Shown: positions 1 to 11,049, counted from the stretch's first letter. The stretch: 64,000 nucleotides of DNA from Lachnospiraceae bacterium (GCA_017387565.1 JAFOEY010000034.1:16607-80606), one strand, 5' to 3'. Notes: generated by a model from the sequence alone, not told the origin. A program made the numbers and translations.

Positions 1-26
1 CCCAACCTTTTACTTCTTTTTTATAA

Positions 27-224
27 TTACATGCCATATTTCTTGTTGAATTTATCAACACGTCCACGAGCCTGAGCTGATTTCTGCTGACCTGTATAGA
101 ATGAATGGCATTTGGAACAGATTTCAACGTGGATATCTTCTTTTGTTGAACCGGTTACAAATGTGTTACCACAGTTGCAGGTTACAGTTGCCTGATAATA
201 GTTAGGATGGATTCCTTCTTTCAT
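27..224 (-). CDS. rpmE: 50S ribosomal protein L31 (zinc-binding type)
   Basis: MKEGIHPNY...CNCGNTF...[13 protein letters not shown]...[20 protein letters not shown] supports a start at 224 rather than 233. Confidence 0.97.
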   Translation of the reverse strand: MKEGIHPNYYQATVTCNCGNTFVTGSTKEDIHVEICSKCHSFYTGQQKSAQARGRVDKFNKKYGM

Positions 225-314
225 AATTTTCACCTCTCTATATTAATATCTCTAGTTTTTTTCACAAACAGCTTTATAAGCATACCACAGTTTCAAATCG
301 AAAGCAAGTCTTTT

Positions 315-1607
315 CTAGAAAAACTTTATTTTCTGAACAGTATCGATAAATTCTTTGTTGTTTTTGGTATGCACAAACATGTCCAGAATTTTCTCCACGG
401 CCTCTTCGGGCTTTAATCCGTTCAAGGCTTTGCGCATCACATTGATACTCTGCATTTCTTCCGGAGTGAGCAATAAGTCTTCCCGGCGGGTACCGGATTT
501 GGGAATATCAATGGCAGGGAATACTCTCTTTTCAGACAGCTTTCTGTCTAAAACCATTTCCATATTACCGGTTCCTTTAAATTCTTCGTAAACAACATCA
601 TCCATCTTACTTCCGGTATCGACCAGTGCCGTTGCCAGAATAGTCAAACTGCCACCTTCACGCATATTACGTGCGGCACCAAAAAAACGCTTGGGCATAT
701 GAAGCGCAGCCGGATCAAGACCACCGGAAAGGGTACGTCCACTCGGTGGAACCGTCAAGTTATACGCTCTGGTAAGTCTCGTAATACTATCCAATAAGAT
801 CATAACGTCTTTTTTGTGTTCAACTAAACGTTTTGCTCTTTCAATTACCATTTCGGAAACTCTCTTATGATGCTCCGGAAGCTCATCAAAGGTCGAGTAA
901 ATAACCTCTACATTGGGTCCTTCAATGGCCTCTCGAATATCGGTAACTTCTTCCGGTCTTTCATCGATCAACAAAATAATCAGATGCATATCCGGATTGT
1001 TCTGTTTTATTGATTTAGCCACTTCTTTTAATAAAGTGGTTTTACCGGCCTTCGGCGGTGAAACAATCATACCACGCTGTCCTTTTCCGACCGGACTCAT
1101 CAAATCCATGATACGCATGGCAACCGATGCACCCGGAGTCTCTAAACGCAGTCTCTCATCCGGAAAAATGGGTGTCATATTTTCAAAATTCATTCTCTTC
1201 ACTGCTTCGGAAGGATGATAACCATTGATTTTTTTCAGATATAAAAGAGCGGAAAACTTTTCATTTTGTGTTTTAACTCTGGTATTTCCTTCAATGATAT
1301 CTCCGGTCTTTAAATTAAATTTGCGGATTTGGCTCGGTGCCACATAGACATCATTTTCACCCGGTAGATAGTTTTCACATCGGATAAAACCAAATCCATC
1401 CGGCATAACCTCTAAAATACCGCTGGCTGTTTCTCCGCTGTCCAGTTCATCGCTTAGTTTCTCCGGACTGATTTTTGCTTTCTCATCTTCTGCAAGCATA
1501 GCCTCGATGATATCGGCCTTTTTCATGGCTGATACCCCTTTAATACCGCGTGATTTTGCAATTTCCCTTAAATCGGCAAGGGCAATTGTTTCATACTTTT
1601 CTCTCAT
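315..1607 (-). CDS. rho: Transcription termination factor Rho
   Basis: [17 protein letters not shown]-binding domain, PPKAGKTT Walker [24 protein letters not shown] lies ~11 nt upstream of ATG 1607. Confidence 0.97.
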   Translation of the reverse strand: MREKYETIALADLREIAKSRGIKGVSAMKKADIIEAMLAEDEKAKISPEKLSDELDSGETASGILEVMPDGFGFIRCENYLPGENDVYVAPSQIRKFNLKTGDIIEGNTRVKTQNEKFSALLYLKKINGYHPSEAVKRMNFENMTPIFPDERLRLETPGASVAMRIMDLMSPVGKGQRGMIVSPPKAGKTTLLKEVAKSIKQNNPDMHLIILLIDERPEEVTDIREAIEGPNVEVIYSTFDELPEHHKRVSEMVIERAKRLVEHKKDVMILLDSITRLTRAYNLTVPPSGRTLSGGLDPAALHMPKRFFGAARNMREGGSLTILATALVDTGSKMDDVVYEEFKGTGNMEMVLDRKLSEKRVFPAIDIPKSGTRREDLLLTPEEMQSINVMRKALNGLKPEEAVEKILDMFVHTKNNKEFIDTVQKIKFF

Positions 1608-1916
1608 ATTATAAAATGCCTCCATTATTAATCGCAGAATTACCCATATACGGGGTTTATCAGATATTACATTGTATTTTTGGGATTTCTATTAAGAAAA
1701 AATTTTCTGATTTGATAAAGTTAGTATACAACAAGAACTTGACTTCGTAAAGAAAAAATCAATTAATTTTTCATATGTATTTTTTATTATTGTTAAGTGC
1801 GAAATATATGAAATTCCATGATACCAAATGACAATTTCGCACTTTACGCTCTCGCAATCCTAAAAAAGTGAGTGCCAAAATTATATTTTAACACTCACTT
1901 TACTTATGTACACAAA

Positions 1917-2390
1917 CTATTTCTTTCCGCGTCTCATATCTTCAAGTTGTCTGTCAATATCATCCGAATAAGAATCTTTCCGATTTCTTTTTCTGGAATG
2001 ATATCCATAGTCTTCTTCCGGATTGGCAAACAAAATTTTTGCAAGCAGACCGGCACCACCGAAAATCAGCACAAGCATCAGTACCCACTCATATAGTGTG
2101 ATTGTCTGCAGACGGATGGTTGTGGATGCAATTACGCCTGCTACAATTATCAGTACACCAACGGCTATCATAATTTTGGAGCCCCAGGAACCACCTGATG
2201 CAAAAAGCCATACAATACCAATAATTAACGGCACAATCAGCAAACCGGAAGTAACATGCATTCCTCCGAGCATAAAGCCCATTCCGAAACCGGAAGAAAC
2301 CATTACCTTCTGGGAAAATAAGAATAAACCTCCAACCAACATGGCAAGACCGGCTAAAAACTGTAATAATTCATTTCGTGCTTTTTTCAT
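1917..2390 (-). CDS. Hypothetical membrane protein (about 4 TM)
   Basis: 157-aa ORF with AGGAG RBS, four hydrophobic segments and a charged C-terminal tail. Confidence 0.75.
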   Translation of the reverse strand: MKKARNELLQFLAGLAMLVGGLFLFSQKVMVSSGFGMGFMLGGMHVTSGLLIVPLIIGIVWLFASGGSWGSKIMIAVGVLIIVAGVIASTTIRLQTITLYEWVLMLVLIFGGAGLLAKILFANPEEDYGYHSRKRNRKDSYSDDIDRQLEDMRRGKK

Positions 2391-2443
2391 TTATTATATT
2401 CTCCTTTTTTCGTCGCTTTTTTCGTCGCTTTTTTAGCGACGAA

Positions 2444-3961
2444 TTATTTTAATTTGTACATTTTTCCTTTTGTTTTACCATTATCAACAAGCTTCTCAAG
2501 TCCAACCAATTCCTTTAATAATTCTTTTGTTCTGGTATCCTTGAGTCCTAGATTCTCTGCAATTTCCGCAGTCTTATGCCATTCACCATCATCCATCAAC
2601 TTTAGAATTTTGTCATACTGCTCCATCTTTTTCTTAGACAATTTATTCGTCGCTTTTTCATAACCATCCGATGCTGAAACTTCATCACTATTTTCTAAAA
2701 ACGCTGGATGAATCGGAATCCTTATTCTCATAGCTCGTCTATCTTCATCGGTAAAGAATTCCGCTCTAGGGGAACCATTCTTTTCAAGTTCTTCCTGTAT
2801 AGTTGGAATACCGGAAGAATGACCTTCTGATAAATCAAGCTCTTTTAAAAATTCACCAAGTCTCCTATTGCGATAATATCTTGAGACAAATCTTTTTCCT
2901 TCTGCTATCGTTTTTTCAGAAATCGACCTGTCTATACCAGGGAAATTCATAATATTTATACAATCCGGCTCTATCTCAATCGTAACCGGCTCATACGACA
3001 TATAATCTCTGTGATAAAATGCATTTACCACAGCCTCCTCGATTGCCTGATAAGGATAGTTAAAGATTCTCAAAGCTTCCATCTGATTCGGAACTTTAAT
3101 AACCTTTTCACGTATAAATAGATTACGAAAACGTTCCATTGTTGCCTGAATCATTTGTGGGACTGAACCTGTAATATTGGGGAAATCCTCGCTGATACTT
3201 GGATTCTCTATACTTCCCTTTGGAAATGATGTCATTTGAACATAAGTATATCCAAAAAATTTCTCCAGATGCTCACAAAACATCATAAGAGCCACATTCT
3301 GAATATATCTTAGTTCTGGTGGTCCTACTAAAAGCTGCATATCCTTGAGAATTTCCTCAACGCCACGCTCTCTTACCTGTTTTGCAAGTTTACTACCAGT
3401 CTTACGCAGGTGATCTTCCAACAACACAGGTGAAATATCTTCGAATGTTGCCTTGTGATTTGCCCTGCAATCAAATGGTGTTTTGTCGGACATATTAATC
3501 AATTCACGTTCCTGCTCTGGATTTGCCTTAACAGAACTTGTCAGATATCGAATATAATAATTATATTTTTTGTCTTTCTTACTAGTCACATACTCCGGTG
3601 ATTTATATGGGCGCTGTTGTCCCGTCCTGGCAACAATGACATAAATCCATTTTCCATCTACATCTACTGGTATACCTTGTGGAAAATATGGTGGGGATAT
3701 TGTATTATTATATCCTACCATCTCCTTCTGAATTGTATCCAGCATATACTCTGGCAATCCTTTTACCGGACGCTTTGCAATGCCATTTTCTTCTTCAACA
3801 CCTACAACAATATAGCCACCACCATCGTTGTTGTAATCATTTGCAAATGCACAGACACTATGATAGATATCATCAGGATTCCATCCCGCCTTAAACTCTA
3901 TGCGGTCTGATTCTATTTTCTTTTTGTTTAATAAATCTTCAACGCTTATTTCAAGTTCCAT
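2444..3961 (-). CDS. AlbA_2/Schlafen-like domain + HATPase_c_4 (RecG C-terminal-like) + winged-helix protein
   Basis: N-terminal ESDRIEFKA..SVCAFAN...GGYIVVGV, central EAVVNAFYHRDY and YRNRRLGEFLKELDLSEGHSSGIP, C-terminal wHTH (TAEIAENLGLKDTRTKELLKELV). Start placed at ATG 3961 after GAGAGGA. Confidence 0.85.
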   Translation of the reverse strand: MELEISVEDLLNKKKIESDRIEFKAGWNPDDIYHSVCAFANDYNNDGGGYIVVGVEEENGIAKRPVKGLPEYMLDTIQKEMVGYNNTISPPYFPQGIPVDVDGKWIYVIVARTGQQRPYKSPEYVTSKKDKKYNYYIRYLTSSVKANPEQERELINMSDKTPFDCRANHKATFEDISPVLLEDHLRKTGSKLAKQVRERGVEEILKDMQLLVGPPELRYIQNVALMMFCEHLEKFFGYTYVQMTSFPKGSIENPSISEDFPNITGSVPQMIQATMERFRNLFIREKVIKVPNQMEALRIFNYPYQAIEEAVVNAFYHRDYMSYEPVTIEIEPDCINIMNFPGIDRSISEKTIAEGKRFVSRYYRNRRLGEFLKELDLSEGHSSGIPTIQEELEKNGSPRAEFFTDEDRRAMRIRIPIHPAFLENSDEVSASDGYEKATNKLSKKKMEQYDKILKLMDDGEWHKTAEIAENLGLKDTRTKELLKELVGLEKLVDNGKTKGKMYKLK

Positions 3962-4231
3962 AGTGTCCTCTCTTAATTTATAATAACTCAAAAATCAGTT
4001 TTTATTTTATAACATAACGCCCATGTCAAAAGAGCACTCTTTTCGTGCCTGCATTATAACCTTTCACCTTTTTGGTGTATTATACCACAAGACATAATAA
4101 ATTGCATAAAATAAAAAGCCTGTGATAATTTCTTACACACATTTCGTCGATGTAAACGCATGGCAGTGTAGTAAAAAACATTTCCACCTTTATCGACTTG
4201 AAAAAAACATATGTATCATAATATAATACAA

Positions 4232-4304
4232 ATGATGTTGGGAAAAAGGTGTATTTACCCAATCGTAACAACGGGTTGCTACGCACTTTGTGCTCCCGCA
4301 ATCC
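4232..4304 (-). repeat. Palindromic repeat family 2 copy (diverged)
   Basis: Reverse complement GGATTGCGGGAGCACAAAGTGCGTAGCAACCCGTTGTTACGATTGGGTAAATACACCTTTTTCCCAACATCAT aligns with 11273-11327 and 1830-1860. Confidence 0.7.
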
Positions 4305-4339
4305 CTGATATCATACAAATAAGAAAGAAGGACTACACA

Positions 4340-5491
4340 ATGACAGTGAATGAAAAAGCTTTAAAACTCCATGAAGAATGGCAGGGAAAACTCGAAACAA
4401 CCGCAAAGGCATCTGTTAATTCCAGAGAAGATTTAGCACTTGCTTACACGCCCGGTGTTGCTGAACCTTGTAAGGTAATCGCAGAAAATCCCGATGATGT
4501 TTATAAATATACCATGAAGGCAAACACAGTTGCCGTTGTTTCTGACGGAAGTGCCGTATTAGGTCTTGGAAATATCGGTGCCAAAGCCGCTATGCCGGTT
4601 ATGGAAGGAAAGGCTGTTTTATTTAAAGAATTTGGTGGCGTTAATGCCGTTCCGATTTGTTTAGATACACAGGATACCGAAGAAATCATCAAAACCGTTA
4701 CCTATCTGGCACCCGGTTTTGGCGGTATCAACCTAGAAGACATTTCCGCTCCCCGTTGTTTTGAAATTGAAGAAAGATTAAAAGAAACCTTAGACATTCC
4801 GGTATTCCATGATGATCAGCACGGAACCGCTATTGTTGTTTTGGCCGCTACTATTAATGCATTAAAGATTGTTAAGAAAAATAAAGAAGATGTCCGTGTA
4901 GTTGTTAACGGTGCCGGTGCGGCAGGTGTTGCAATCACAAAATTATTATTAAATTATGGTATTAAAGATGTAATCATGTGTAACAGCAAGGGAATTGTTG
5001 CCAAAGGTGCTGCCAGATTAAACTGGATGCAGGAAAAAATGCTTGAAGTTACAAATCTTGAAAACAAAACCGGTACACTGGCAGATGCAGTTGTCGGTGC
5101 TGATATCTTTGTCGGCGTTTCTGCTCCGAATACGTTAACACCTGAAATGGTTAAGACAATGGCAAAAGATCCGATTATCTTTGCTATGGCTAACCCGGTT
5201 CCGGAAATCATGCCTGACGTTGCCAAAGCCGCAGGTGCCAGAATCGTGGGAACCGGACGTAGTGATTTTCCGAATCAGATTAACAACGTGGTTGCATTCC
5301 CCGGCATTTTCAAAGGTGCTTTGGAAGGTCGTGCTCCACAGATTACCGAAGAAATGAAGTTAGCTGCTGCTTTCGCACTGGCAGATTTAGTTCCGGAAGA
5401 TGAATTAAATGAAGACAACATTATGCCGGAAGCTTTCAATCCGGTTGTTGCCGAAACCGTTGCAGCTGCAGTTAAAGCTCATATCCAATAA
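4340..5491 (+). CDS. NAD(P)-dependent malic enzyme
   Basis: [60 protein letters not shown]. Start moved to ATG 4340 (AAGGA RBS). Confidence 0.93.
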   Translation: MTVNEKALKLHEEWQGKLETTAKASVNSREDLALAYTPGVAEPCKVIAENPDDVYKYTMKANTVAVVSDGSAVLGLGNIGAKAAMPVMEGKAVLFKEFGGVNAVPICLDTQDTEEIIKTVTYLAPGFGGINLEDISAPRCFEIEERLKETLDIPVFHDDQHGTAIVVLAATINALKIVKKNKEDVRVVVNGAGAAGVAITKLLLNYGIKDVIMCNSKGIVAKGAARLNWMQEKMLEVTNLENKTGTLADAVVGADIFVGVSAPNTLTPEMVKTMAKDPIIFAMANPVPEIMPDVAKAAGARIVGTGRSDFPNQINNVVAFPGIFKGALEGRAPQITEEMKLAAAFALADLVPEDELNEDNIMPEAFNPVVAETVAAAVKAHIQ

Positions 5492-5579
5492 TAAGCTCCA
5501 TTTTATCATTATGTGGCTGCAAAATTTGCCACATAGAGATAAAAGCGAGAACAAATATCAACAATAGGTTTACATAATT

Positions 5580-6095
5580 ATGACACAAGAACCCATGACA
5601 TTATACAAGCTGATTATCCTGTATATGTTGGATCGTGCAACACAGCCTCTGACAAAAGCTCAGATTGATGATTTTATCTTGGAAAAAGAATACACCAATT
5701 ATCTGACACTCCAGCAGGCCATTGCGGAATTATGCGAAATTCAGTTAATTTCCACTGAAACCTTCCACAATCGCACGCAACTTATGTTAACCGAAGAAGG
5801 CAAATCTACCATTGCACTTTTTCATAAACAAATTTCGGATGCAATCAAGCAGGAAGTTAGCGATTACTTACGGGAGCATGCCATAGAGTTGAGAAATGAA
5901 GTTTCCGTTACCGGACAGTATCAAAAGGTTTCTTCCAAAGCATATGAAACCGTTTTACGTGCCACCGAGCGTGGAGAACTTTTAATGGAATTAAAAATCC
6001 TTGTTCCGGACGAAAAAACAGCCACAGCGGTATGCGAACAATGGCAGAAAAAAAATGAAGATATCTATGCATTGATTATGAAGGAATTGTTTTAA
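5580..6095 (+). CDS. DUF4364-like winged-helix protein
   Basis: LYKLIILYML...YTNYLTLQQAIAEL...LTEEG pattern typical of this clostridial family. Confidence 0.75.
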   Translation: MTQEPMTLYKLIILYMLDRATQPLTKAQIDDFILEKEYTNYLTLQQAIAELCEIQLISTETFHNRTQLMLTEEGKSTIALFHKQISDAIKQEVSDYLREHAIELRNEVSVTGQYQKVSSKAYETVLRATERGELLMELKILVPDEKTATAVCEQWQKKNEDIYALIMKELF

Positions 6096-6118
6096 TCCCA
6101 AACGATTTCATACAAACA

Positions 6119-6165
6119 ATAAAAGGTTCAAATTTCGTTTCATTCGAACTTTGAACCTTTTTTAT
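6119..6165. terminator. Bidirectional intrinsic terminator between convergent genes
   Basis: AAAAGGTTCAAA...TTTGAACCTTTTTT inverted repeat. Confidence 0.75.
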
Positions 6166-6233
6166 TATTTTCCTTTTCGGATTTGTGTTATTAGCGAACA
6201 AAAGGTAATGTTGTGATATGCAATGAGAAAAGA

Positions 6234-7607
6234 TCATTTATCGCATTTCTTTCCATCATTTTTTCCACTACTATCCTCATTTTTCTCTTTCAGCCACTTC
6301 ATATGTTCTTTCACCTTTTTTTCATAGCCGTTATCAGAAGGCTGATAGAATTCTTTTCCGTTTAATTCATATGGTAAATACTGCTGTTCCACGTAATGTT
6401 TATCGTAGTCATGGGCATATAAATAACCAACACCATGCCCAAGCTTAGCTGCTCCTTTATAATGTGCATCCTGCAAATGTGTCGGTATCGGCAGGTTGCC
6501 ACTCTTTTGAACTTCATTCGCCGCGGCAAAGACAGCCTCGCAACTGCAGTTACTCTTAGGGGCAGTTGCAATATAGGTTACCGCCTCCGCCAAAATAATC
6601 TGTGCCTCCGGCATTCCAACCCGTTCTACGGCAAGCGATGCGCTGACGGCAACATTTAAAGCATTCGGATCTGCCATTCCGACATCCTCCGCAGCACAAA
6701 TCATAATGCGCCGTGCAATAAATGTCACACTTTCGCCTGCATACAGCATACGAGCCAGATAATAGACGGCCGCATCCGGATCGGAGCCTCTCATACTTTT
6801 GATAAAGGCCGAAACGGTATCATAATGGTTATCTCCGTTTTTATCATACCGCATAATCCGCTTTTGAATGCATTCACCCGCCACCTCAAGCGTAATGTGT
6901 ATTTTACCGTCTTCGCTAGGTTGCGTCGTCAATATGCCCAGCTCAATAGCATTTAATGCATGCCTTGCATCTCCGCCTGAGATGTCTGCTAAAAATTGTG
7001 CCGCATCCTCATCAATGACAGCGCCGTAAGCACCCATTCCCTTTTTTTCATCATAGACAGCTCTTTGAATCAATTGATAGATATCATCTTTTGATAAAGG
7101 TTTTAATTCAAAAACAATGGAACGGGAAATCAACGCCCCATTTACTTCAAAATACGGATTTTCTGTTGTGGCACCGATTAAAACAATGGTTCCGTCTTCC
7201 ACAAAAGGAAGCAAATAATCCTGCTGCCCCTTGTTAAACCGGTGAATTTCATCCACAAACAAAATCGTCTTTTTCCCATACATTCCATAGGTATCTTTTG
7301 CCTTGGCAACGACCTCTTCCATATCCTTTTTGCCTGCCACAGTTGCATTAATCTGTGTGAATTCAGCACTGGTCGTATTGGCAATGACTTTTGCAAGTGT
7401 TGTTTTTCCGGTTCCCGGAGGTCCGTAAAAAATCACACTTCCCAGCTTGTCCGCCATGATTGCGCGGTACAATAACTTGTCTTTTCCTATGATATGCTGC
7501 TGCCCAACCACTTCTTCAAGCGTTGTAGGACGCATACGTGCAGCTAATGGTGCTTCCTTTTCCTGGTTGTTTTGACGCATATAGTCAAATAAATTCATTC
7601 CATCCAT
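6234..7607 (-). CDS. rarA: Replication-associated recombination protein A (RarA/MgsA AAA+ ATPase)
   Basis: PLAARMRP, GPPGTGKTT, FVDEIHRFNK, GATTENPYF, SAFIKSMRGSDPDAA, HLQDAHY, QQYLP. Confidence 0.95.
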   Translation of the reverse strand: MDGMNLFDYMRQNNQEKEAPLAARMRPTTLEEVVGQQHIIGKDKLLYRAIMADKLGSVIFYGPPGTGKTTLAKVIANTTSAEFTQINATVAGKKDMEEVVAKAKDTYGMYGKKTILFVDEIHRFNKGQQDYLLPFVEDGTIVLIGATTENPYFEVNGALISRSIVFELKPLSKDDIYQLIQRAVYDEKKGMGAYGAVIDEDAAQFLADISGGDARHALNAIELGILTTQPSEDGKIHITLEVAGECIQKRIMRYDKNGDNHYDTVSAFIKSMRGSDPDAAVYYLARMLYAGESVTFIARRIMICAAEDVGMADPNALNVAVSASLAVERVGMPEAQIILAEAVTYIATAPKSNCSCEAVFAAANEVQKSGNLPIPTHLQDAHYKGAAKLGHGVGYLYAHDYDKHYVEQQYLPYELNGKEFYQPSDNGYEKKVKEHMKWLKEKNEDSSGKNDGKKCDK

Positions 7608-7846
7608 AGACTTATATTCCTATATATCTCATCTGTTTCGTTAACATTATTCTCATCTTCTATCTGACTGTAAAACCTCTTGTTCCCATGTATCCCAAGG
7701 GTCATTCTTTCCATCACATATATCAAACTGTATCTGATTCGGGAATGTTCCCTCTACGTATACGATTGTAGCACAATATCTATTCATCATCAAATTCCTG
7801 AACCCTCTATTCTTTACTTCTCTTCGGAACGGTTTAAAAAGCTATT

Positions 7847-8557
7847 TCATTCAAACAAAATCTCATCTACTGTGACAAATTCATAACCTTCTTTTTGCAA
7901 ATCATCGATTGCAGTAAGTGCCGCCATGACACTCGTCTTATAGGAATCATGCATCAGAATAATCCCATTATCTTTTGCATTCTTTTCAATCTGTCTTACA
8001 ATTCCTGCGGCATCCTCACTGCACCAGTCCAAAGGATCAATATTCCAAAGAACAACTAACATGCCTGTCTGCTCCTCAAGACTATCTTTATGACTTCCAA
8101 ATGGCGGACGAATATACTGCGGTGTCTGTCCCGTAATCTTTTCTATAACCTCATTGGTTTTTACAACTTCCTGATGTAGCAAAACCGTATCGGCATTTTT
8201 TAAATCTGTATGATGAAAAGTGTGATTGCCAATCAGATGCCCTTCTTCCTGAATACGCTTGACTAAATCCGGATAGTTTTGCGCGGATTCTCCAAGTAAA
8301 AAAAATGTAGCATGAATTCCGCGTTCTTTTAATCCATCCAATAACATAGGTGTATAAACCGGATGCGGACCATCATCAAATGTTATAGCAATCTTTTTGG
8401 TTGACATAACTTCTTTTTGAGTATCAGAAACCATGGTTGCATTTCTGCTGTCTGTCTCATTCATCATTTCATTTTTTCCAAAATATCCAAATAAAACAAA
8501 AGAAACGGTAAAAAACAGACCAATCAGTGTCTTAACATTCTTCAAACTGCGATTCAT
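7847..8557 (-). CDS. Polysaccharide deacetylase (CE4/NodB), N-terminally anchored
   Basis: TFDDGP, HATFF, GNHTFHH, RPPFG, LMHD motifs and an N-terminal TM segment. Confidence 0.9.
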   Translation of the reverse strand: MNRSLKNVKTLIGLFFTVSFVLFGYFGKNEMMNETDSRNATMVSDTQKEVMSTKKIAITFDDGPHPVYTPMLLDGLKERGIHATFFLLGESAQNYPDLVKRIQEEGHLIGNHTFHHTDLKNADTVLLHQEVVKTNEVIEKITGQTPQYIRPPFGSHKDSLEEQTGMLVVLWNIDPLDWCSEDAAGIVRQIEKNAKDNGIILMHDSYKTSVMAALTAIDDLQKEGYEFVTVDEILFE

Positions 8558-8582
8558 GGATACCTCAAAAATGAATTTGTAT

Positions 8583-8611
8583 AATATATGAATGTATTCT
8601 TATCATTATGC
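8583..8611 (-). promoter_or_regulatory. Possible sporulation sigma (SigE/SigG-like) promoter of the deacetylase
   Basis: Minus strand reads GCATA-16 nt-CATATATT, ~25 nt before the start codon. Confidence 0.3.
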
Positions 8612-8627
8612 AGTAGGTATGTGCAGC

Positions 8628-10529
8628 CTACTCCTCCGACTCAATTACAGAATCGGTATACTTTCTTTGCATATCATGCCTTTTTTTTCGATTTTCAACC
8701 GAGTCAAAAATAATGGAAAAGTCATAATCTTCCGGATATAATTCGGTGGCTGCCACATGTAATTTCACTCTCTTATGATTGATCCATATTTTTTTATTCG
8801 GAAGCTGTACTCTCAATACGCCCTTTTCATTTATAGGTTCACAAACAATTCCGATCTTTTTCTCCGGGAAAACCATAACACTGTCACCGATATGAAACTT
8901 CTCACTAAGATCCGTATGCTTCTTTACTGTTTTTGCTTTTACAATTTTCGTTGCGCTCTTCTTTGCAATGTTATTTTCCGGATTATCAAACGTGTAGTTA
9001 TCGATTGCTTTCTCGCCGTATGCAGCACGAATTGCTACTTTCAGCATTTCGCCCGGCATTCCCAATCTGTCCGCAATATAAAATGCACAGCTTTCGCCGG
9101 CCTCACCGATTACCATTTGATAGGTAGGACGCAAGGTTTCTTTATCAAATGACATTCTTGCATTTACAATATCCAAAGCCTTATCTGCATATTCCTTTAC
9201 TTCCGGATAATGCGTTGTAACTAAAAAAATGGCGCCGCTTTTCCGAAGTTCTTCCAGTATCGCAATGGCAATCCCCATACCTTCCGTTGGATCTGTACCG
9301 GAACCCAATTCATCCATAATCACAAAACTGTCCTTATTTACTTCCCTTAATACTTCCAGCACATTCGTAATATGAGCTGAAAAAGTAGACAGATTTTCTG
9401 ACAGATTTTGTCCATCACCAATATCGCACAGATAAGAACTATTCATACAGATATCCGCCTTTTTACATGCGACATGCAATCCGCATTGCGCCATGATGCA
9501 ATTAAGCATAACAGTTTTAATCGATACTGTTTTTCCTCCTGTATTGGGACCTGTAATCACAATTCCTCTCACGTTTTCTCCCACTTCAAACTGCAATGGC
9601 ACCGCAATCGTTTTATCCATTAGAGGATGCCTTGCATCAATCAAATGGATCCTCCGTTCCGTATTAATAACCGGTTCGCTCGCATCCATATTAAGACTTA
9701 GTTTGCCTTTTGAAAAAATAAAATCGAGTTTTTCAATCATTTTTAAATCTTCATGCAGCACCGGTGCTGATGCCATAACCATGGCTGACAAGGTATACAG
9801 GATGTTGTAAACTTCATTTTCTTCATTAATTTTTAATAACTGTAGTTCTTCATAGTATTTTGCGACACTCGCGGGTTCTATAAAAAGAGTACTTCCGGTT
9901 GAAGACTTATCAATCACGCTTCCGGATATCTTAAGCTTATAATCTTTTTTTACAGGAAGACAGATTCGTCCATTTCGGAATGTACAATAATTATCTGCCA
10001 TACATTCCTTATTTGAACGCAATATTTGCTCTGCCTTCTGTTTCATCTGTTCTTCACACTTTACAATCTGTTTCCGAATCTGTTCCAGTTCTTTTGATGC
10101 ATAATCATCCACTTCATCATTCCGGATTTTTTGACTGATTTCCTGTCCCAAGTCTGCAATAACATCCAGATTTTCATCATAATAGGCCAGCGAATTCTGA
10201 TACACTTTGCCTCTCGCCAGATAGTCTTTCAATCTTTTTATTACAACCAGTACTCTTTCTACTCTCTCTAATTGGTATGGAGTCAAACAGTCCCCCTTTT
10301 TAGCTATCAGCAATACTTCTTTTATTTCTGTTATATTCTGAAATGGAGGCGCTCCCAGTTTTTCGATGAGAAATCGTGCATCGGTTGTATCTTTCAATTG
10401 TTTCTTTAACTCATTTTCAGAAAAGAACAAATCGGTTTCCCTGATTTTTTCTTTTGCCCAGTCAGTAATTGCTAACTCAGACCATATTTCTTTTACCTTA
10501 TCAAATTCAATTTGTTTTTCTATATTCAT
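8628..10529 (-). CDS. MutS2-like ATPase lacking the C-terminal Smr domain
   Basis: IVDDYASKEL/FRNGRICLPVK-type clamp region, GPNTGGKT Walker A, LSTFSAH, MDELGSGTDP, TTHY, C-terminal KOW-like GDSVMVFPEKKIGIV. Ends at 633 aa with no Smr. Confidence 0.85.
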   Translation of the reverse strand: MNIEKQIEFDKVKEIWSELAITDWAKEKIRETDLFFSENELKKQLKDTTDARFLIEKLGAPPFQNITEIKEVLLIAKKGDCLTPYQLERVERVLVVIKRLKDYLARGKVYQNSLAYYDENLDVIADLGQEISQKIRNDEVDDYASKELEQIRKQIVKCEEQMKQKAEQILRSNKECMADNYCTFRNGRICLPVKKDYKLKISGSVIDKSSTGSTLFIEPASVAKYYEELQLLKINEENEVYNILYTLSAMVMASAPVLHEDLKMIEKLDFIFSKGKLSLNMDASEPVINTERRIHLIDARHPLMDKTIAVPLQFEVGENVRGIVITGPNTGGKTVSIKTVMLNCIMAQCGLHVACKKADICMNSSYLCDIGDGQNLSENLSTFSAHITNVLEVLREVNKDSFVIMDELGSGTDPTEGMGIAIAILEELRKSGAIFLVTTHYPEVKEYADKALDIVNARMSFDKETLRPTYQMVIGEAGESCAFYIADRLGMPGEMLKVAIRAAYGEKAIDNYTFDNPENNIAKKSATKIVKAKTVKKHTDLSEKFHIGDSVMVFPEKKIGIVCEPINEKGVLRVQLPNKKIWINHKRVKLHVAATELYPEDYDFSIIFDSVENRKKRHDMQRKYTDSVIESEE

Positions 10530-10562
10530 TTTCTTTCCCTTTCAAATAAAACTTACTCTCTT

Positions 10563-10657
10563 TTTCGATTATGTCCTGAGAAAGTTTGCTATTCTACAGA
10601 CTGTATGTGGCTGTCAGCTCTTAATGAGCAACGTATTACAAATTTGTACAGTTACTC
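10563..10657 (-). repeat. Partial copy (right half) of palindromic repeat family 1
   Basis: Reverse complement ...TTGCTCATTAAGAGCTGACAGCCACATACAGTCTGTAGAATAGCAAACTTTCTCAGGA closely matches 55615-55680. Confidence 0.8.
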
Positions 10658-10690
10658 GCCATAAAAAATGACCACAGTTACCTTAATCAT

Positions 10691-10745
10691 ATGATGTTGG
10701 GTCAAAAGGTATTTTGCCCCATGATACCATGAGATCGCTACGCAT
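10691..10745 (-). repeat. Palindromic repeat family 2 copy
   Basis: 48/55 identical (counted by hand) to the reverse complement of 11273-11327. Confidence 0.85.
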
Positions 10746-10824
10746 GAAGAGTATGCCCTTTTGCTCCTGGTATCATCACATTAAGATACTATGGTCGTTA
10801 TCATTTTCAATATATCAAAAGTAA

Positions 10825-10854
10825 TAAAAAAGCATGACCATATAGCCATGCTTA
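10825..10854 (-). terminator. Intrinsic terminator within the mutS2-like 5' leader
   Basis: AAGCATGGC-TATAT-GGTCATGCTT followed by a U-tract on the minus strand. Confidence 0.7.
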
Positions 10855-10981
10855 ATCTTCCATAAAAACAATACAACAGATATACCACAATATTAAGCAA
10901 TCGTAAAGCGAAACCGTTGACAGCGCATACGTCAACAAAAGGGCAAAATCCTAGCATAAACTAAAATCACCCTTGCAATAT

Positions 10982-11020
10982 TTATTTTGCAACTTTCTCC
11001 ATTACAATCACACTTAACAA
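10982..11020 (-). CDS. Putative leader peptide (TTG start) MLSVIVMEKVAK
   Basis: AGGAG (11029-11033) sits 8 nt upstream of TTG, just downstream of the predicted TSS. Not in the ORF track. Confidence 0.4.
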   Translation of the reverse strand: MLSVIVMEKVAK

Positions 11021-11049
11021 ACAAATGTCTCCTAAAAAACTTTTTCTCA

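Noticed and set aside
1845-1880. Second CIRCE (GAGTGCCAA half-site)
   Set aside because: There is no matching left half at N9 spacing. The sequence is part of repeat family 2.
4211-4339. Track N-terminal extensions (malic enzyme 4211, amidohydrolase 11296, clpB 28443, lipoprotein 29555, TraX 20708)
   Set aside because: The extensions run through repeats, regulatory sites or neighbouring genes. Downstream starts have proper RBSs and family-typical N-termini.
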